A stretch of DNA of 64,000 bases, taken from contig JBNKHE010000003.1 of assembly GCA_050290185.1 (NCBI GenBank), forward strand, positions 128,001 through 192,000, read 5' to 3'. This stretch comes from Pontiella sp. (GTDB taxonomy: Bacteria > Verrucomicrobiota > Kiritimatiellia > Kiritimatiellales > Pontiellaceae). The position numbers and the translations under genes are program-made. The notes under the pieces are model-generated. The model saw only the letters and a program-made list of their open reading frames with translations, had not been told where the DNA came from and ran no database searches. Shown piece by piece: positions 40,687 to 51,546 of the stretch (position 1 is the stretch's first letter; the number at the start of each line of letters is the position of its first letter).

Positions 40687-41104
40687 ATCTCCACGCCCAA
40701 GCGAACGCGCGATGGCCATCTGGTTACGCTCCGCCAATGGTGAGCTGTCGCCAGATGATCCAGAACATTGGCAAGCGTCTGTTCATCAAGCGGGTCATGC
40801 ATGTGACCAGCACCTGCAGCACGCGCCCAAAAAGGTGCGGCGGCGATCGACGTCTTCATGGCACAGCTCGATAACCACGAAGGCTAGCAGGGAGACCCGC
40901 GTATACTTAAATGATTGCTCGCTGAAACATTCTGGCCATTTGCTGGTGCCGTTCTCCGGAATGCTGAAAGGTACCCGCGCATGCCAAGTGCTTGAACGCG
41001 GAGGAACTCAAGCGCTACAACGAAACCGGAGTCGAATTTACCTTCCCGACGCAGATGCTCTACGTGAACAGTGTCGAGGTGCGGAGAGTCTGCTTGGAAT
41101 CTAG
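40687..41104 (+). pseudogene. Degraded MscS-family mechanosensitive channel (C-terminal part)
   Basis: Stitching frames gives STPKRTRDGHLVTL / NGELS / QMIQNIGKRLFIKRVMHVT / KVRR / IDVFMAQLDNHEG* / RVYLNDCSL / ILAICW...* / ELKRYNETGVEFTFPTQMLYV. These are MscS cytoplasmic-domain motifs in the expected order, with several frameshifts and stops. Confidence 0.72.
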
Positions 41105-41138
41105 GGGGTGAAGGGGAGGAACTCCCCTCCAGTCGCCG

Positions 41139-43442
41139 CTACTGGTCGCTGGAGCTCAGGTTGGGGGCCAGCAATTCCTCCGCGCGGCCGATCTGCTGCA
41201 GATCGATCAGGTCCGATAGAATGTTCATGGCTTCGCCGAGAATGAGGTCGTCATTCTGATGCTCATCCTGATCTTCCATGAAGGCATTGTTCTGGATGTC
41301 GTCCAGCTCCTTTTCCGCCACGGCTTCTTTCAGCCTGTTCGTCAACGAGAGGGAGATGATTTTCGTGTCGTAGCGTTCTTTCAACCGGTCACGCCTTGCG
41401 AGATAGTTCTGGAACTCGGGATTGTTTTCCAGACGCTCCTGGGACTGATCCGTCAGCATGGGGATGAGTTCGGTCAAGCCTTTCTGCGTCCGATACATAG
41501 CGGGCCTTATCGTATCCCAAGGCAATGCGTGTTCCAGAGAATCCTCGCCCAGACCCATTACATCGAGATAGGAGGGGATTATAATGTCCGGCGTAACGCC
41601 CTTCAATTGGGTTGAACCACCGTTGATGCGGTAGAATCCGGCCGTCGTCAGTTTGAGCGATCCTTTGTGGTCCCCCAGCGGCATCAGGGTCTGTACCGTG
41701 CCTTTGCCATGCGTCTTTTCGTCGCCGACAATGATGGCACGCTTATAATCCTGCAATGCCGCTGCAAGGATTTCGGAGGCCGAAGCGCTGAGCCGGTTGA
41801 CCAGCACAATCATCGGACCGTCATAGTCCACCTCGGGGTCGGCATCCGGAAGTACCTGTATTCCATTACGTTCCTTAACCTGAACAACGGGGCCGGAGCT
41901 GATGAACAAACCTGCGGTTTCTATGGCTTCAACCAGAGAGCCACCGCCATTGTTGCGCAGATCAAGAATCATTCCGTCAATGCCCTGCGTCACTTGTTCC
42001 TGAATCAGCCTGCGGACGTCGGTGGAAGCCCGGCGGGTGTTTTCATCATTCTGGTCGGCTGTGAAATCGGCGTAGAAGTCGGGGAGGGTGATGACGCCAA
42101 TCCGGCGGGTTTTTCCATCGGAGAGTTCAAGGGGCTTTACCTCACCCTTGGCGGCCTGCTCCTCGAGTTTGACTTCATCGCGCATCAGGTCGATCTTGCG
42201 TGTGCGGGAACCGGAGCGGTCGGATGCAGGAATAATAGTCAGTACCACCTTGGTGTCTTTTTCGCCCCGGATCAGTCGGACGGCTTTGTAGAGCGGCCAG
42301 TGCAGAATGCTCACGGGGGCTTCGTCGCCCTGCGCGACCGCAATAATCTTGTCGCCCGGTTTGAGGCGTCCGTCCTGATCGGCCGGTCCCCCGGGGATAA
42401 TGCGCACAATTTTGGCGGTGCCGTCTTCCGGTCGTAGCATGGCGCCAATACCCACCAGCGAAAGCTTCATATTGATGTCAAAGTCCTCGACACTGCTGGG
42501 CGACATGTAGTCGCTGTGCGGATCATAGACCTGGGTAAACGCGGTCAGGTAGCGTTGCAACAGCATTTCCTCGTCAAACGACTCCATGGTCAGCGTGAAC
42601 TGCTTGTAGCGTTCAAGAATAAACTCTTCCGGTGTCATGTCGGCGTCTTCCAGGGAGTCGTCCGATTCAATGGTTGCGGAAGCCGTTGCGTTGGTGTTTT
42701 CGGTGCCGGCTGCGGAAACCGTATTGCTGGAAGAGGACACGGTGTTCGTCTCTTCGGCGTAAAGTTCCTGCGAAACCAGCCGGGCGATATATTCATTCTT
42801 GAGCCGCTTGCGCCAAAGATCATCCCACGCAGCTTCATCCTTCGGCCATGGGGCATCTTTCCGGTCCCACAGGAAGGATTCATCCTTGTCGGTGTCGAAT
42901 CCCTTCTGAAGCTGTTGTTCTACAAAGGTCAACCGGTTTGCGATGCGTTGTTGCAATATGTCGTAGACGTTGCGGGCAAAAGAGATGTCGCCCTTGCGCA
43001 GTTGTTTGTGCAAATCCGGGGCTTCCTGACTGAAGGAATCGATATCGGACTGGAGGAAATAGCTGTGCGTCGGGTCGAGCGAGTCGATGAACAGCTTGAA
43101 GGCATTCGTGGAAATGTGGCTGTCCATGGGTAGCTGGTTGAGATGGAAAACGGGCAGGGAATAGGCCACCGTCCGGCTGATTCGTTTTACGTCGAGATCG
43201 CTTTTGGGGAGGGGCTCGATCGGCTTTTCATCCACTTTGGGTGCCGTTTCCGCGACCACGTTTGTTTCCGTCGTCCCGTTTGTTGCGCTGAAACTTTCCG
43301 ACTTTTCCGAAATATCGTTGGTGATCGTTGGAGGATATGTTTCTGCGGGGTTCTCTTTCGAACTGCATGCAACGAGTGTGATGCAAAGTGCGCTGAGCAG
43401 GAATGTTGCGGATCCCAATGTCAAGTATCTCTTATTTTTCAT
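41139..43442 (-). CDS. prc: Carboxy-terminal processing (tail-specific) protease, lipoprotein
   Basis: Lipobox LVAC, YDPHSDY, PDZ (GIGA), LDLRNNGGG, SASASEI, THGKGTVQ and GGSTQLKGV. Confidence 0.9.
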   Translation of the reverse strand: MKNKRYLTLGSATFLLSALCITLVACSSKENPAETYPPTITNDISEKSESFSATNGTTETNVVAETAPKVDEKPIEPLPKSDLDVKRISRTVAYSLPVFHLNQLPMDSHISTNAFKLFIDSLDPTHSYFLQSDIDSFSQEAPDLHKQLRKGDISFARNVYDILQQRIANRLTFVEQQLQKGFDTDKDESFLWDRKDAPWPKDEAAWDDLWRKRLKNEYIARLVSQELYAEETNTVSSSSNTVSAAGTENTNATASATIESDDSLEDADMTPEEFILERYKQFTLTMESFDEEMLLQRYLTAFTQVYDPHSDYMSPSSVEDFDINMKLSLVGIGAMLRPEDGTAKIVRIIPGGPADQDGRLKPGDKIIAVAQGDEAPVSILHWPLYKAVRLIRGEKDTKVVLTIIPASDRSGSRTRKIDLMRDEVKLEEQAAKGEVKPLELSDGKTRRIGVITLPDFYADFTADQNDENTRRASTDVRRLIQEQVTQGIDGMILDLRNNGGGSLVEAIETAGLFISSGPVVQVKERNGIQVLPDADPEVDYDGPMIVLVNRLSASASEILAAALQDYKRAIIVGDEKTHGKGTVQTLMPLGDHKGSLKLTTAGFYRINGGSTQLKGVTPDIIIPSYLDVMGLGEDSLEHALPWDTIRPAMYRTQKGLTELIPMLTDQSQERLENNPEFQNYLARRDRLKERYDTKIISLSLTNRLKEAVAEKELDDIQNNAFMEDQDEHQNDDLILGEAMNILSDLIDLQQIGRAEELLAPNLSSSDQ

Positions 43443-43589
43443 GAAAGTTCCCGGTTTTTATAAATAAGGGACAACATGCTATGGGTCATTACCATTGGAA
43501 ACAAGTCCGCATTCCCTCTCATATTCCTTCGTTTTTGTATTCCCCCCTGGTTTTTATGCCTGTATTTTCGGGCGCTCAAACTGACTTAA

Positions 43590-45215
<1,626 letters not shown>

Positions 45216-45234
45216 CCGAGCCGTTCGTGTAATT

Positions 45235-45269
45235 ATAAAATGCGGGGTCTAACCCCGCATTTTATTTTT
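45235..45269 (+). terminator. Intrinsic terminator after pgi
   Basis: Perfect inverted repeat ATAAAATGCGGGGT-CTA-ACCCCGCATTTTAT followed by a T-run. Confidence 0.82.
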
Positions 45270-45633
45270 GTACCAAAAATAAAATCGAGGCCTCAATAAT
45301 ACACATATTGCATACATATATCATGTGAATGTGTGCCGCTTTAATCGTGACATTCAGGTACGTTTTTTTTTAGAGCCGCGAACTTTATTGGCCGATATTC
45401 TGCTCATATATGCGTATGTGGGATTGCCTAGGTCTCAGGCAAGCAAGGTGGAATGCTTTAACCTGGCAGTTGGATCACGTATGGAATATCGGGGAAAAAA
45501 TCTGCCAGGCGCTGTTGATTCGTTCAACCTTTCCATTTCGTAAGGTTGTTTTGGTCGTGCTTTATCATGATCAGGTTACCCTGCGCATGGGATTAGTCCC
45601 ATTCTTGAACAGCTGATTTTGAGACTTTAAAAT

Positions 45634-47007
45634 ATGGAATGGATTGAAATAACAGGTGTGGTGGTATTCATCTCGACGGTATTCATCGTTCTGGGAATGT
45701 GGCAGCGGTCTGTCCAGCGGGCCGAGGAGGAACGTCTGGCCGAAGAAGTACGGGCCGCCGAAGAGGAAGGCGCGAACCAGGCGCTTACCCAGCACCCCCA
45801 GATCGATACGAGTCGCTGCTTAGGTTGCGGCAGTTGCGCGGCGGCTTGTCCCGAGCACGGAGTGATTGCTATCGTTGACGGCAAGGCCCGGTTAGTTCGC
45901 GCATCTCATTGCGTCGGACACGGGAGTTGCGAACAGGCCTGTCCCGTCGGAGCCTTGATGGTCGGACTGGGCGATCTCTCTTCGCGGGTGGATATCCCCG
46001 TATTGAGCGACGAGCGCGAAACGACGGTTCCAGGGGTGTTTATTGCCGGAGAACTAACCGGTATCGGTTTGATTCGCAATGCGGTCACGCAGGGGACTCA
46101 GATCACCGACACGATCGCCGGACGTCTCAAGAGGCAGGGCCCGCGATTGGGTGACGAAGGCATGGTCGATATCCTGATTGTGGGATGCGGACCCTCCGGG
46201 ATTGCGGCCACACTGCGCGCCCACGAACTGGGCCTGCGCTACATGACGATCGATCAGGACGATCTGGGCGGTACCGTCCGGAAATATCCCCGCAATAAAA
46301 TGACCCTGACACAACCGGTCGATCTGCCACTGTATGGCCGGATGAAGCGCACCCAGTATTCCAAGGAAGAGCTGATTGCACTATGGGAAAAGGTTTTCAG
46401 AAAAGAGGGGATCGAAGTGCGGACTGGTGTGAAGTTCACCGGTCTGGAACCGCGATCCGACGGTGTGCTTTCTGTGGAGACCAGCGCCGGTTCCGTACTC
46501 TGCCGGTATTGCATTCTCGCGCTGGGCCGCCGCGGTACGCCGCGCCGGTTGGGAGTCCCCGGTGAAGATTCGGAGCGGGTGCTTTACCAGCTCATCGATG
46601 CTGCGGAATACAGGCAGAAGAAGGTGCTCGTGGTGGGCGGTGGCGACAGCGCCATCGAAGCGGCCCTCGCCTTGGCCACCCAGGCCGGTAACACGGTGAC
46701 GCTTTCCTATAGGCGCAACGCGTTCTTCCGAATCAAGTCCAGAAATCGCGAAGGACTGGAAAAAGCCTCCGCGGAGGGCAAGGTCAGCGTGATCCTGAAT
46801 TCGCAAGTGCAACTGATCGACCGGGACTACGTCAAGATTGATGTCAACGACGAAGAGGGCGGCGATCCGGAAGTAAAGCGCGTCGCGTATGACTATGTAT
46901 TCGTCTTCGCCGGAGGCGAACCGCCTTATCCGTTATTGCAGAAGGTAGGAGTCTCATTCGGCGGAGAAGATAAGGCGGAGCCGGACTCGATCAAGGAGGC
47001 GAGCTAG
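45634..47007 (+). CDS. Membrane-anchored 4Fe-4S ferredoxin / FAD-NAD(P)H oxidoreductase fusion
   Basis: N-terminal TM. Cluster motifs CLGCGSCAAACP and CVGHGSCEQACP. TTVPGVFIAGE, FAD motif IVGCGPSG, NAD(P) motif VVGGGDSA and YRR. Confidence 0.85.
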   Translation: MEWIEITGVVVFISTVFIVLGMWQRSVQRAEEERLAEEVRAAEEEGANQALTQHPQIDTSRCLGCGSCAAACPEHGVIAIVDGKARLVRASHCVGHGSCEQACPVGALMVGLGDLSSRVDIPVLSDERETTVPGVFIAGELTGIGLIRNAVTQGTQITDTIAGRLKRQGPRLGDEGMVDILIVGCGPSGIAATLRAHELGLRYMTIDQDDLGGTVRKYPRNKMTLTQPVDLPLYGRMKRTQYSKEELIALWEKVFRKEGIEVRTGVKFTGLEPRSDGVLSVETSAGSVLCRYCILALGRRGTPRRLGVPGEDSERVLYQLIDAAEYRQKKVLVVGGGDSAIEAALALATQAGNTVTLSYRRNAFFRIKSRNREGLEKASAEGKVSVILNSQVQLIDRDYVKIDVNDEEGGDPEVKRVAYDYVFVFAGGEPPYPLLQKVGVSFGGEDKAEPDSIKEAS

Positions 47008-47009
47008 CC

Positions 47010-47909
47010 ATGTCCGAATCGGTCCGTACCCGCGAAAAAACCAGATTTCGAACGCCGGCGATATGGGTGGTGCAATCCCTCGTACTCGGGATCTTTGCCT
47101 GTTTCATTATTTTTCATTGGGACTATTACAGTCTGCCGCGTGCTGAACGGCCCTTTCACGCTGCGCACTCCTCTCTTCGTTCGTCCGGACTGGCCGGACT
47201 TTGGATGGGCGTCGGGGCGGCCTCCCTTTTTGTGCTGAACCTGGGCTATCTGGTACGCAAGCGCCTGATTCGTTTCTCCTGGCTGGGCCCCTTGCGCCAA
47301 TGGATGAACTTTCATGTGGTCACCGGTATTGTCGGGGGCGGTTGCGTGGCCGTGCATATGGCCATGGCCCCGTCCAGTGCCATGGGGACCATGGCCCTGA
47401 TCGCCCTGTGCATTACGGTGGTCACGGGCATTGTCGGCCGCACCATCTACATCCGTGTTCCGCGTTCCGCCGAAGGGCGGGAGCTGGAATTTAGGCAGGT
47501 GAAGGATCAGTTGGAACAATGCCGGCTGGAACTGGAGCTAACCGGCGTCCATGCCAATTGGCTGCATGGTGAAAAACCGCAGGAAGGCGTACGACACACC
47601 AGCTTGATGGGGGGATTTGCTGCCCTTATCGTGGGGGACCGCCAGCGCCGGCACGATTATCGCCAGCTCAGGAAAGAGATTCTGGGCTCGGCGAGACTGA
47701 AGGAATCTGCGGCGCATATTCTTCCGATAGCCCAAGCCTATTGCATGCATTGGCAGTGGTTTGTCCGCTACTATGAACTGCGAAACCTGATCTCCTCCTG
47801 GCGCTTTTTCCATCGCTGGCTGGCGATTCTGATGCTCTTTGTGGTGCTGGGCCATGTGGTTGTGGCGATTCGGTTCGGCGGTCTATCGCTTTTCGGGGGG
47901 AGTCATTAA
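47010..47909 (+). CDS. Inner-membrane protein, probable di-haem cytochrome b (ferric-reductase-like)
   Basis: Several TM helices, two of which carry His pairs at i/i+14 (HVVTGIVGGGCVAVH and HRWLAILMLFVVLGH). Confidence 0.65.
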   Translation: MSESVRTREKTRFRTPAIWVVQSLVLGIFACFIIFHWDYYSLPRAERPFHAAHSSLRSSGLAGLWMGVGAASLFVLNLGYLVRKRLIRFSWLGPLRQWMNFHVVTGIVGGGCVAVHMAMAPSSAMGTMALIALCITVVTGIVGRTIYIRVPRSAEGRELEFRQVKDQLEQCRLELELTGVHANWLHGEKPQEGVRHTSLMGGFAALIVGDRQRRHDYRQLRKEILGSARLKESAAHILPIAQAYCMHWQWFVRYYELRNLISSWRFFHRWLAILMLFVVLGHVVVAIRFGGLSLFGGSH

Positions 47910-49645
47910 TGAAAGTGACCCCAAAAATGATGATGTGGGTTTTCGGACTGCTGACGATCGGCGGGCTGGCCTTGTTTCTCGCCCTGTACCAAAGTTCGCC
48001 GGGACCTCTTACTACAGCCCATGCCACTGCGGTGCCGGGCAACATGATCTGGTCGTGCAAGAAGTGCCACTCCGATGACGGAATGGAATCGGGGTGTTTG
48101 TCGTGCCACGCCGAAATCGCGAACCAACTACACGAAAAAACCGGTTTTCACACCTATCTGCGTACCCAGTCATCCGCCAGTTGCGAACAGTGCCACCCCG
48201 AGCACCATGGGGCCGACTTCCCGCTGGTGAGCGACGTGTCGTGGCAGGGCACGGATACCAATGCATTCAAGCATCCGCAGGTGGAATTCAAGCTGGAGGG
48301 CAAGCACGACGAACTGGCCTGCAAGCAATGCCATACCGAAAAATTCCATGAACCCGTTGTCTTGGCCGATTTTCCTGATCAGGTTCGGACGGATACCATG
48401 CTAGGCCTGAACCAGGAGTGCATCAGTTGCCATGTCGATGTGCACAAGAGCGGCGAGAAGACCCGCGACTGCACCCAGTGCCATGATCAAAATGCCTTCA
48501 AGCCGGCTCCCTTCTTCGATCATAATAAATATTTTGTGCTGGATGGCCCCCATGCCACGGCGGCCTGCGCGGCCTGCCACCAAACCGATGTTGCGCCTGA
48601 GCTGATGGAAGGCGAACGGGATCTGAAGTTCGGACCGGTCAAAGGCAAGAAATGCGCTGATTGCCACGAATCCCCGCACCGTTTTGACAAGCAACTGCAG
48701 GGCGACTGCATGCGCTGCCACAAGGGCACCGATGAAAAATGGGTGATGGGGCAGCGAGGCGTGGATGTAGCCTTCCATGATCACTTCGGATTCGTTCTGC
48801 AGGGCGCGCACGCCAAGGTGGAATGCGCTAAATGCCATGCGCCGGAGCTGGAAACCTATACTGCGCGCTTCCCGGATCCCGCCGCACCCGGTTACAACCG
48901 CCAGGCGGATCAATGCAGCAGCTGCCACAAAGATCCCCACGACGGCCAGTTCAAGGAACACTATCCTTCCTGCGCCCAGTGCCATACCGTGGATCGTTTC
49001 ATGCCCAGTACGCTGGGGCCGGCTGACCATCCCGAACGCTATCCGCTGAAGAACGGCCACGTGGCGGCAGCCTGCAACCAGTGCCACAAGATCGAAGCGG
49101 GCAGTGACGTGCGCCGGTTCAAGGGCACCGCCAGCTCCTGCAAGGAATGCCACGCCAACCCGCACGGAAGCCAGTTCGATAAGGAGCTCGCTCAAAACGA
49201 TTGCACCGCCTGCCATGCCCCCGATTTTTCCACCTTCAAGATCAAGCAGTACAAGCACGAGAACATGCGCGCTTTCTTCCAGGGCAAGGGCCATGCCAAG
49301 GCGGCGTGTATCCAGTGCCATGCCGAGCCCGCCTCCGACCAGGAAATACTTCAGTACCGCGGGACACCGACCACGTGCGCGTCCTGCCACACGGATATCC
49401 ACCGCGGTCAGTTCCTGCAGCTTGGTCAAACGCAGTGCGAGCGTTGTCATGGTTCGTTCGATCAATGGAAAGCAGACCGCTTCGAACATGATCGCGATTC
49501 CAAATTCCTGCTGGATAAGGCGCATGTAAAGGTTGAATGCGCCTCCTGTCACCTTCCTGTAATGCAACCCGACGGCCAGTCGGTTGTCCAATATCGACCG
49601 TTAACCACCCGATGTGAGGATTGTCATGGTTTCCAAAAACAATAA
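47909..49645 (+). CDS. Multihaem cytochrome c (20 CxxCH)
   Basis: N-terminal TM/signal followed by SPGPL. 20 CxxCH motifs counted by hand, in trihaem-like repeats. TAATG overlap with the upstream gene. Confidence 0.92.
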   Translation: MKVTPKMMMWVFGLLTIGGLALFLALYQSSPGPLTTAHATAVPGNMIWSCKKCHSDDGMESGCLSCHAEIANQLHEKTGFHTYLRTQSSASCEQCHPEHHGADFPLVSDVSWQGTDTNAFKHPQVEFKLEGKHDELACKQCHTEKFHEPVVLADFPDQVRTDTMLGLNQECISCHVDVHKSGEKTRDCTQCHDQNAFKPAPFFDHNKYFVLDGPHATAACAACHQTDVAPELMEGERDLKFGPVKGKKCADCHESPHRFDKQLQGDCMRCHKGTDEKWVMGQRGVDVAFHDHFGFVLQGAHAKVECAKCHAPELETYTARFPDPAAPGYNRQADQCSSCHKDPHDGQFKEHYPSCAQCHTVDRFMPSTLGPADHPERYPLKNGHVAAACNQCHKIEAGSDVRRFKGTASSCKECHANPHGSQFDKELAQNDCTACHAPDFSTFKIKQYKHENMRAFFQGKGHAKAACIQCHAEPASDQEILQYRGTPTTCASCHTDIHRGQFLQLGQTQCERCHGSFDQWKADRFEHDRDSKFLLDKAHVKVECASCHLPVMQPDGQSVVQYRPLTTRCEDCHGFQKQ

Positions 49646-51515
49646 GCCAGCGCTAAAGATTGCCGTATGGGTCGTATTCCTGCTCGGACTCGTGGTGGCC
49701 GGGTGCCAGTTTGTTGTGCCCCGCCAGGAATGGAACAAGAAGGCCTGGGGCCCGTTGGTTCCACACACCAAGTTTCCCGGGGATTGCAGTCTTTGCCACC
49801 TGCCGGATCGGTGGGACAAACTGCGTGATGATTTTAGTTTCGATCATGAAAAGGAGACCGGCTATGCGCTTGAAGGCGCCCATGCCGATGCGGCCTGCTT
49901 GCGGTGCCACAACGACCGGGGGCCAGTGGAGGTATATGTGGCACGAGGATGTGCCGGTTGTCACGCCGACCCTCATGCAAGTACGATGGGCCTGGATTGC
50001 GAACGTTGCCATAGCCAAATGACCTGGGAGCCGACGGGGCTAATCGGCGAACATGCCCGTACCCGCTTCCCGTTGATGGGCTCCCATGCCATTGCCACAT
50101 GCGAAAGCTGCCACGAAGGTGCGGCCGCAGGAGAATTCCGCGGCGCACCCTTGGAGTGCGATATCTGCCACCGCGACGATGCGGCTCAAACCACGGATCC
50201 CAACCATGTGGCCAATGGATGGGTTTCAGATTGCCAGCGTTGCCACAATCCCGTGGGTTGGAACGGGGCGAATATCGTGCATGACTTCTTCCCGCTCACC
50301 GGCGGGCATAGCGGGGTGAACTGCGTGCAATGCCATACCACGCCGGGCGATTTCTCCGGGTTGTCGCAGGATTGCTATTCCTGCCATGAGCCGGACTACC
50401 AGAGTGCGCCCAGCCATTTGACAGAGAATTTCTCGCATGACTGCACGCAGTGCCATTCAAAAAATGCATGGACACCTGCCACATTCGACCACTCCTTCTT
50501 CCCGCTCACCGGTGAGCACAAGGGCTTGTCTTGTTCGGAGTGCCATACGGGTGGAACGTATTCGGGATTGTCAACGGACTGCGCTTCATGCCATGGATCC
50601 GACTTCGATAGCGCGCCGAACCATGTGGCCCAAAGCTATCCGCAGACCTGCGAAGATTGTCACAGTACATCAGGCTGGACGCCGGCCTCATTTGATCATT
50701 CCGCTTTTCCGCTGACCGGTGCTCACGCGGATTCAACCTGTGCGCAATGCCATTCGGGCGGTGTCTACGCCGGATTGCCTTCCAACTGCTATTCATGCCA
50801 TGACACCGACTATCAGGGCGCACCCGACCACGTTGCCCTGAACTTCCCGCAAACCTGCGAGCAGTGCCATAGCACCACGGCCTGGACTCCTGCGGCCATT
50901 GATCACTCGTTCTTCCCGTTGACGCAGGGGCATGCTGGCGTGGGTTGTGCAGAATGTCATCAAGGCGGCACCTATAGTGGTTTGTCGCAGGACTGCTATT
51001 CCTGCCATGATAACGATTTCCAAGGCGCGCCTGATCATGTGACCCTGAACTTCTCGCACGACTGCGAGCAGTGCCATACCCGTTCGGCCTGGACGCCGGC
51101 GAGCTTCGATCACTCCTTCTTCCCGCTGACGCAGGGCCATTCCGGACTTACCTGCAACACGTGCCATGAGAACGGGACATACAGCGGTCTCTCGCAGGAC
51201 TGTTATTCGTGTCACCAAAGTGACTATCAGGGTGCGCAGGATCACGCGAGCCTTGGTTTTCCTCATGATTGCACGCAGTGCCATTCGACCTCGTCGTGGG
51301 GATCGGCCAGCTTCTCGCACACCGATTTTCCGCTTCGCGGAAACCACGATGTTTCGTGCACGCGGTGCCACAATACGGGCAGCACGCAGACCTTTACCTG
51401 TCTGAACAATTGCCATGGGAAGAGTTCAACAGACAGCGATCATAGTGAAGTCAGGAACTACAGCTATACATCATCGGCCTGCTACAACTGCCACCCCGAT
51501 GGAAGAGAGGATTAG
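49626..51515 (+). CDS. Multihaem cytochrome c lipoprotein (24 CxxCH + 1 CxxxCH)
   Basis: GAGGA RBS before ATG 49626, lipobox VVAGC, and 24 canonical motifs plus CLNNCH counted by hand. Confidence 0.92.
   Translation: MVSKNNKPALKIAVWVVFLLGLVVAGCQFVVPRQEWNKKAWGPLVPHTKFPGDCSLCHLPDRWDKLRDDFSFDHEKETGYALEGAHADAACLRCHNDRGPVEVYVARGCAGCHADPHASTMGLDCERCHSQMTWEPTGLIGEHARTRFPLMGSHAIATCESCHEGAAAGEFRGAPLECDICHRDDAAQTTDPNHVANGWVSDCQRCHNPVGWNGANIVHDFFPLTGGHSGVNCVQCHTTPGDFSGLSQDCYSCHEPDYQSAPSHLTENFSHDCTQCHSKNAWTPATFDHSFFPLTGEHKGLSCSECHTGGTYSGLSTDCASCHGSDFDSAPNHVAQSYPQTCEDCHSTSGWTPASFDHSAFPLTGAHADSTCAQCHSGGVYAGLPSNCYSCHDTDYQGAPDHVALNFPQTCEQCHSTTAWTPAAIDHSFFPLTQGHAGVGCAECHQGGTYSGLSQDCYSCHDNDFQGAPDHVTLNFSHDCEQCHTRSAWTPASFDHSFFPLTQGHSGLTCNTCHENGTYSGLSQDCYSCHQSDYQGAQDHASLGFPHDCTQCHSTSSWGSASFSHTDFPLRGNHDVSCTRCHNTGSTQTFTCLNNCHGKSSTDSDHSEVRNYSYTSSACYNCHPDGRED
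50274..51311 (+). repeat. Intragenic tandem repeat, five ~207-bp (69-aa) trihaem units
   Basis: Units starting xxH-S/D-F/A-F-P-L-T begin at ~50274, 50484, 50691, 50898 and 51105. Each has three CxxCH. Confidence 0.85.
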
Positions 51516-51546
51516 CGCTGTGGAACCGGAATCCACCCCGTTGGAA

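Noticed and set aside
40647..41104. Short ORFs 40647-40859, 40650-40874 and 40712-41104 as real small genes
   Set aside because: They are better explained as frames crossing the MscS pseudogene.
45514..45528. FNR box upstream of the cytochrome operon
   Set aside because: The spacing is TTGA-N5-TCAA, one base shorter than the FNR consensus TTGAT-N4-ATCAA. Kept only as a generic palindrome.
50274..51311. Periodic DNA repeats as a CRISPR array
   Set aside because: They are in-frame 207-bp coding repeats with no spacers and no cas genes.
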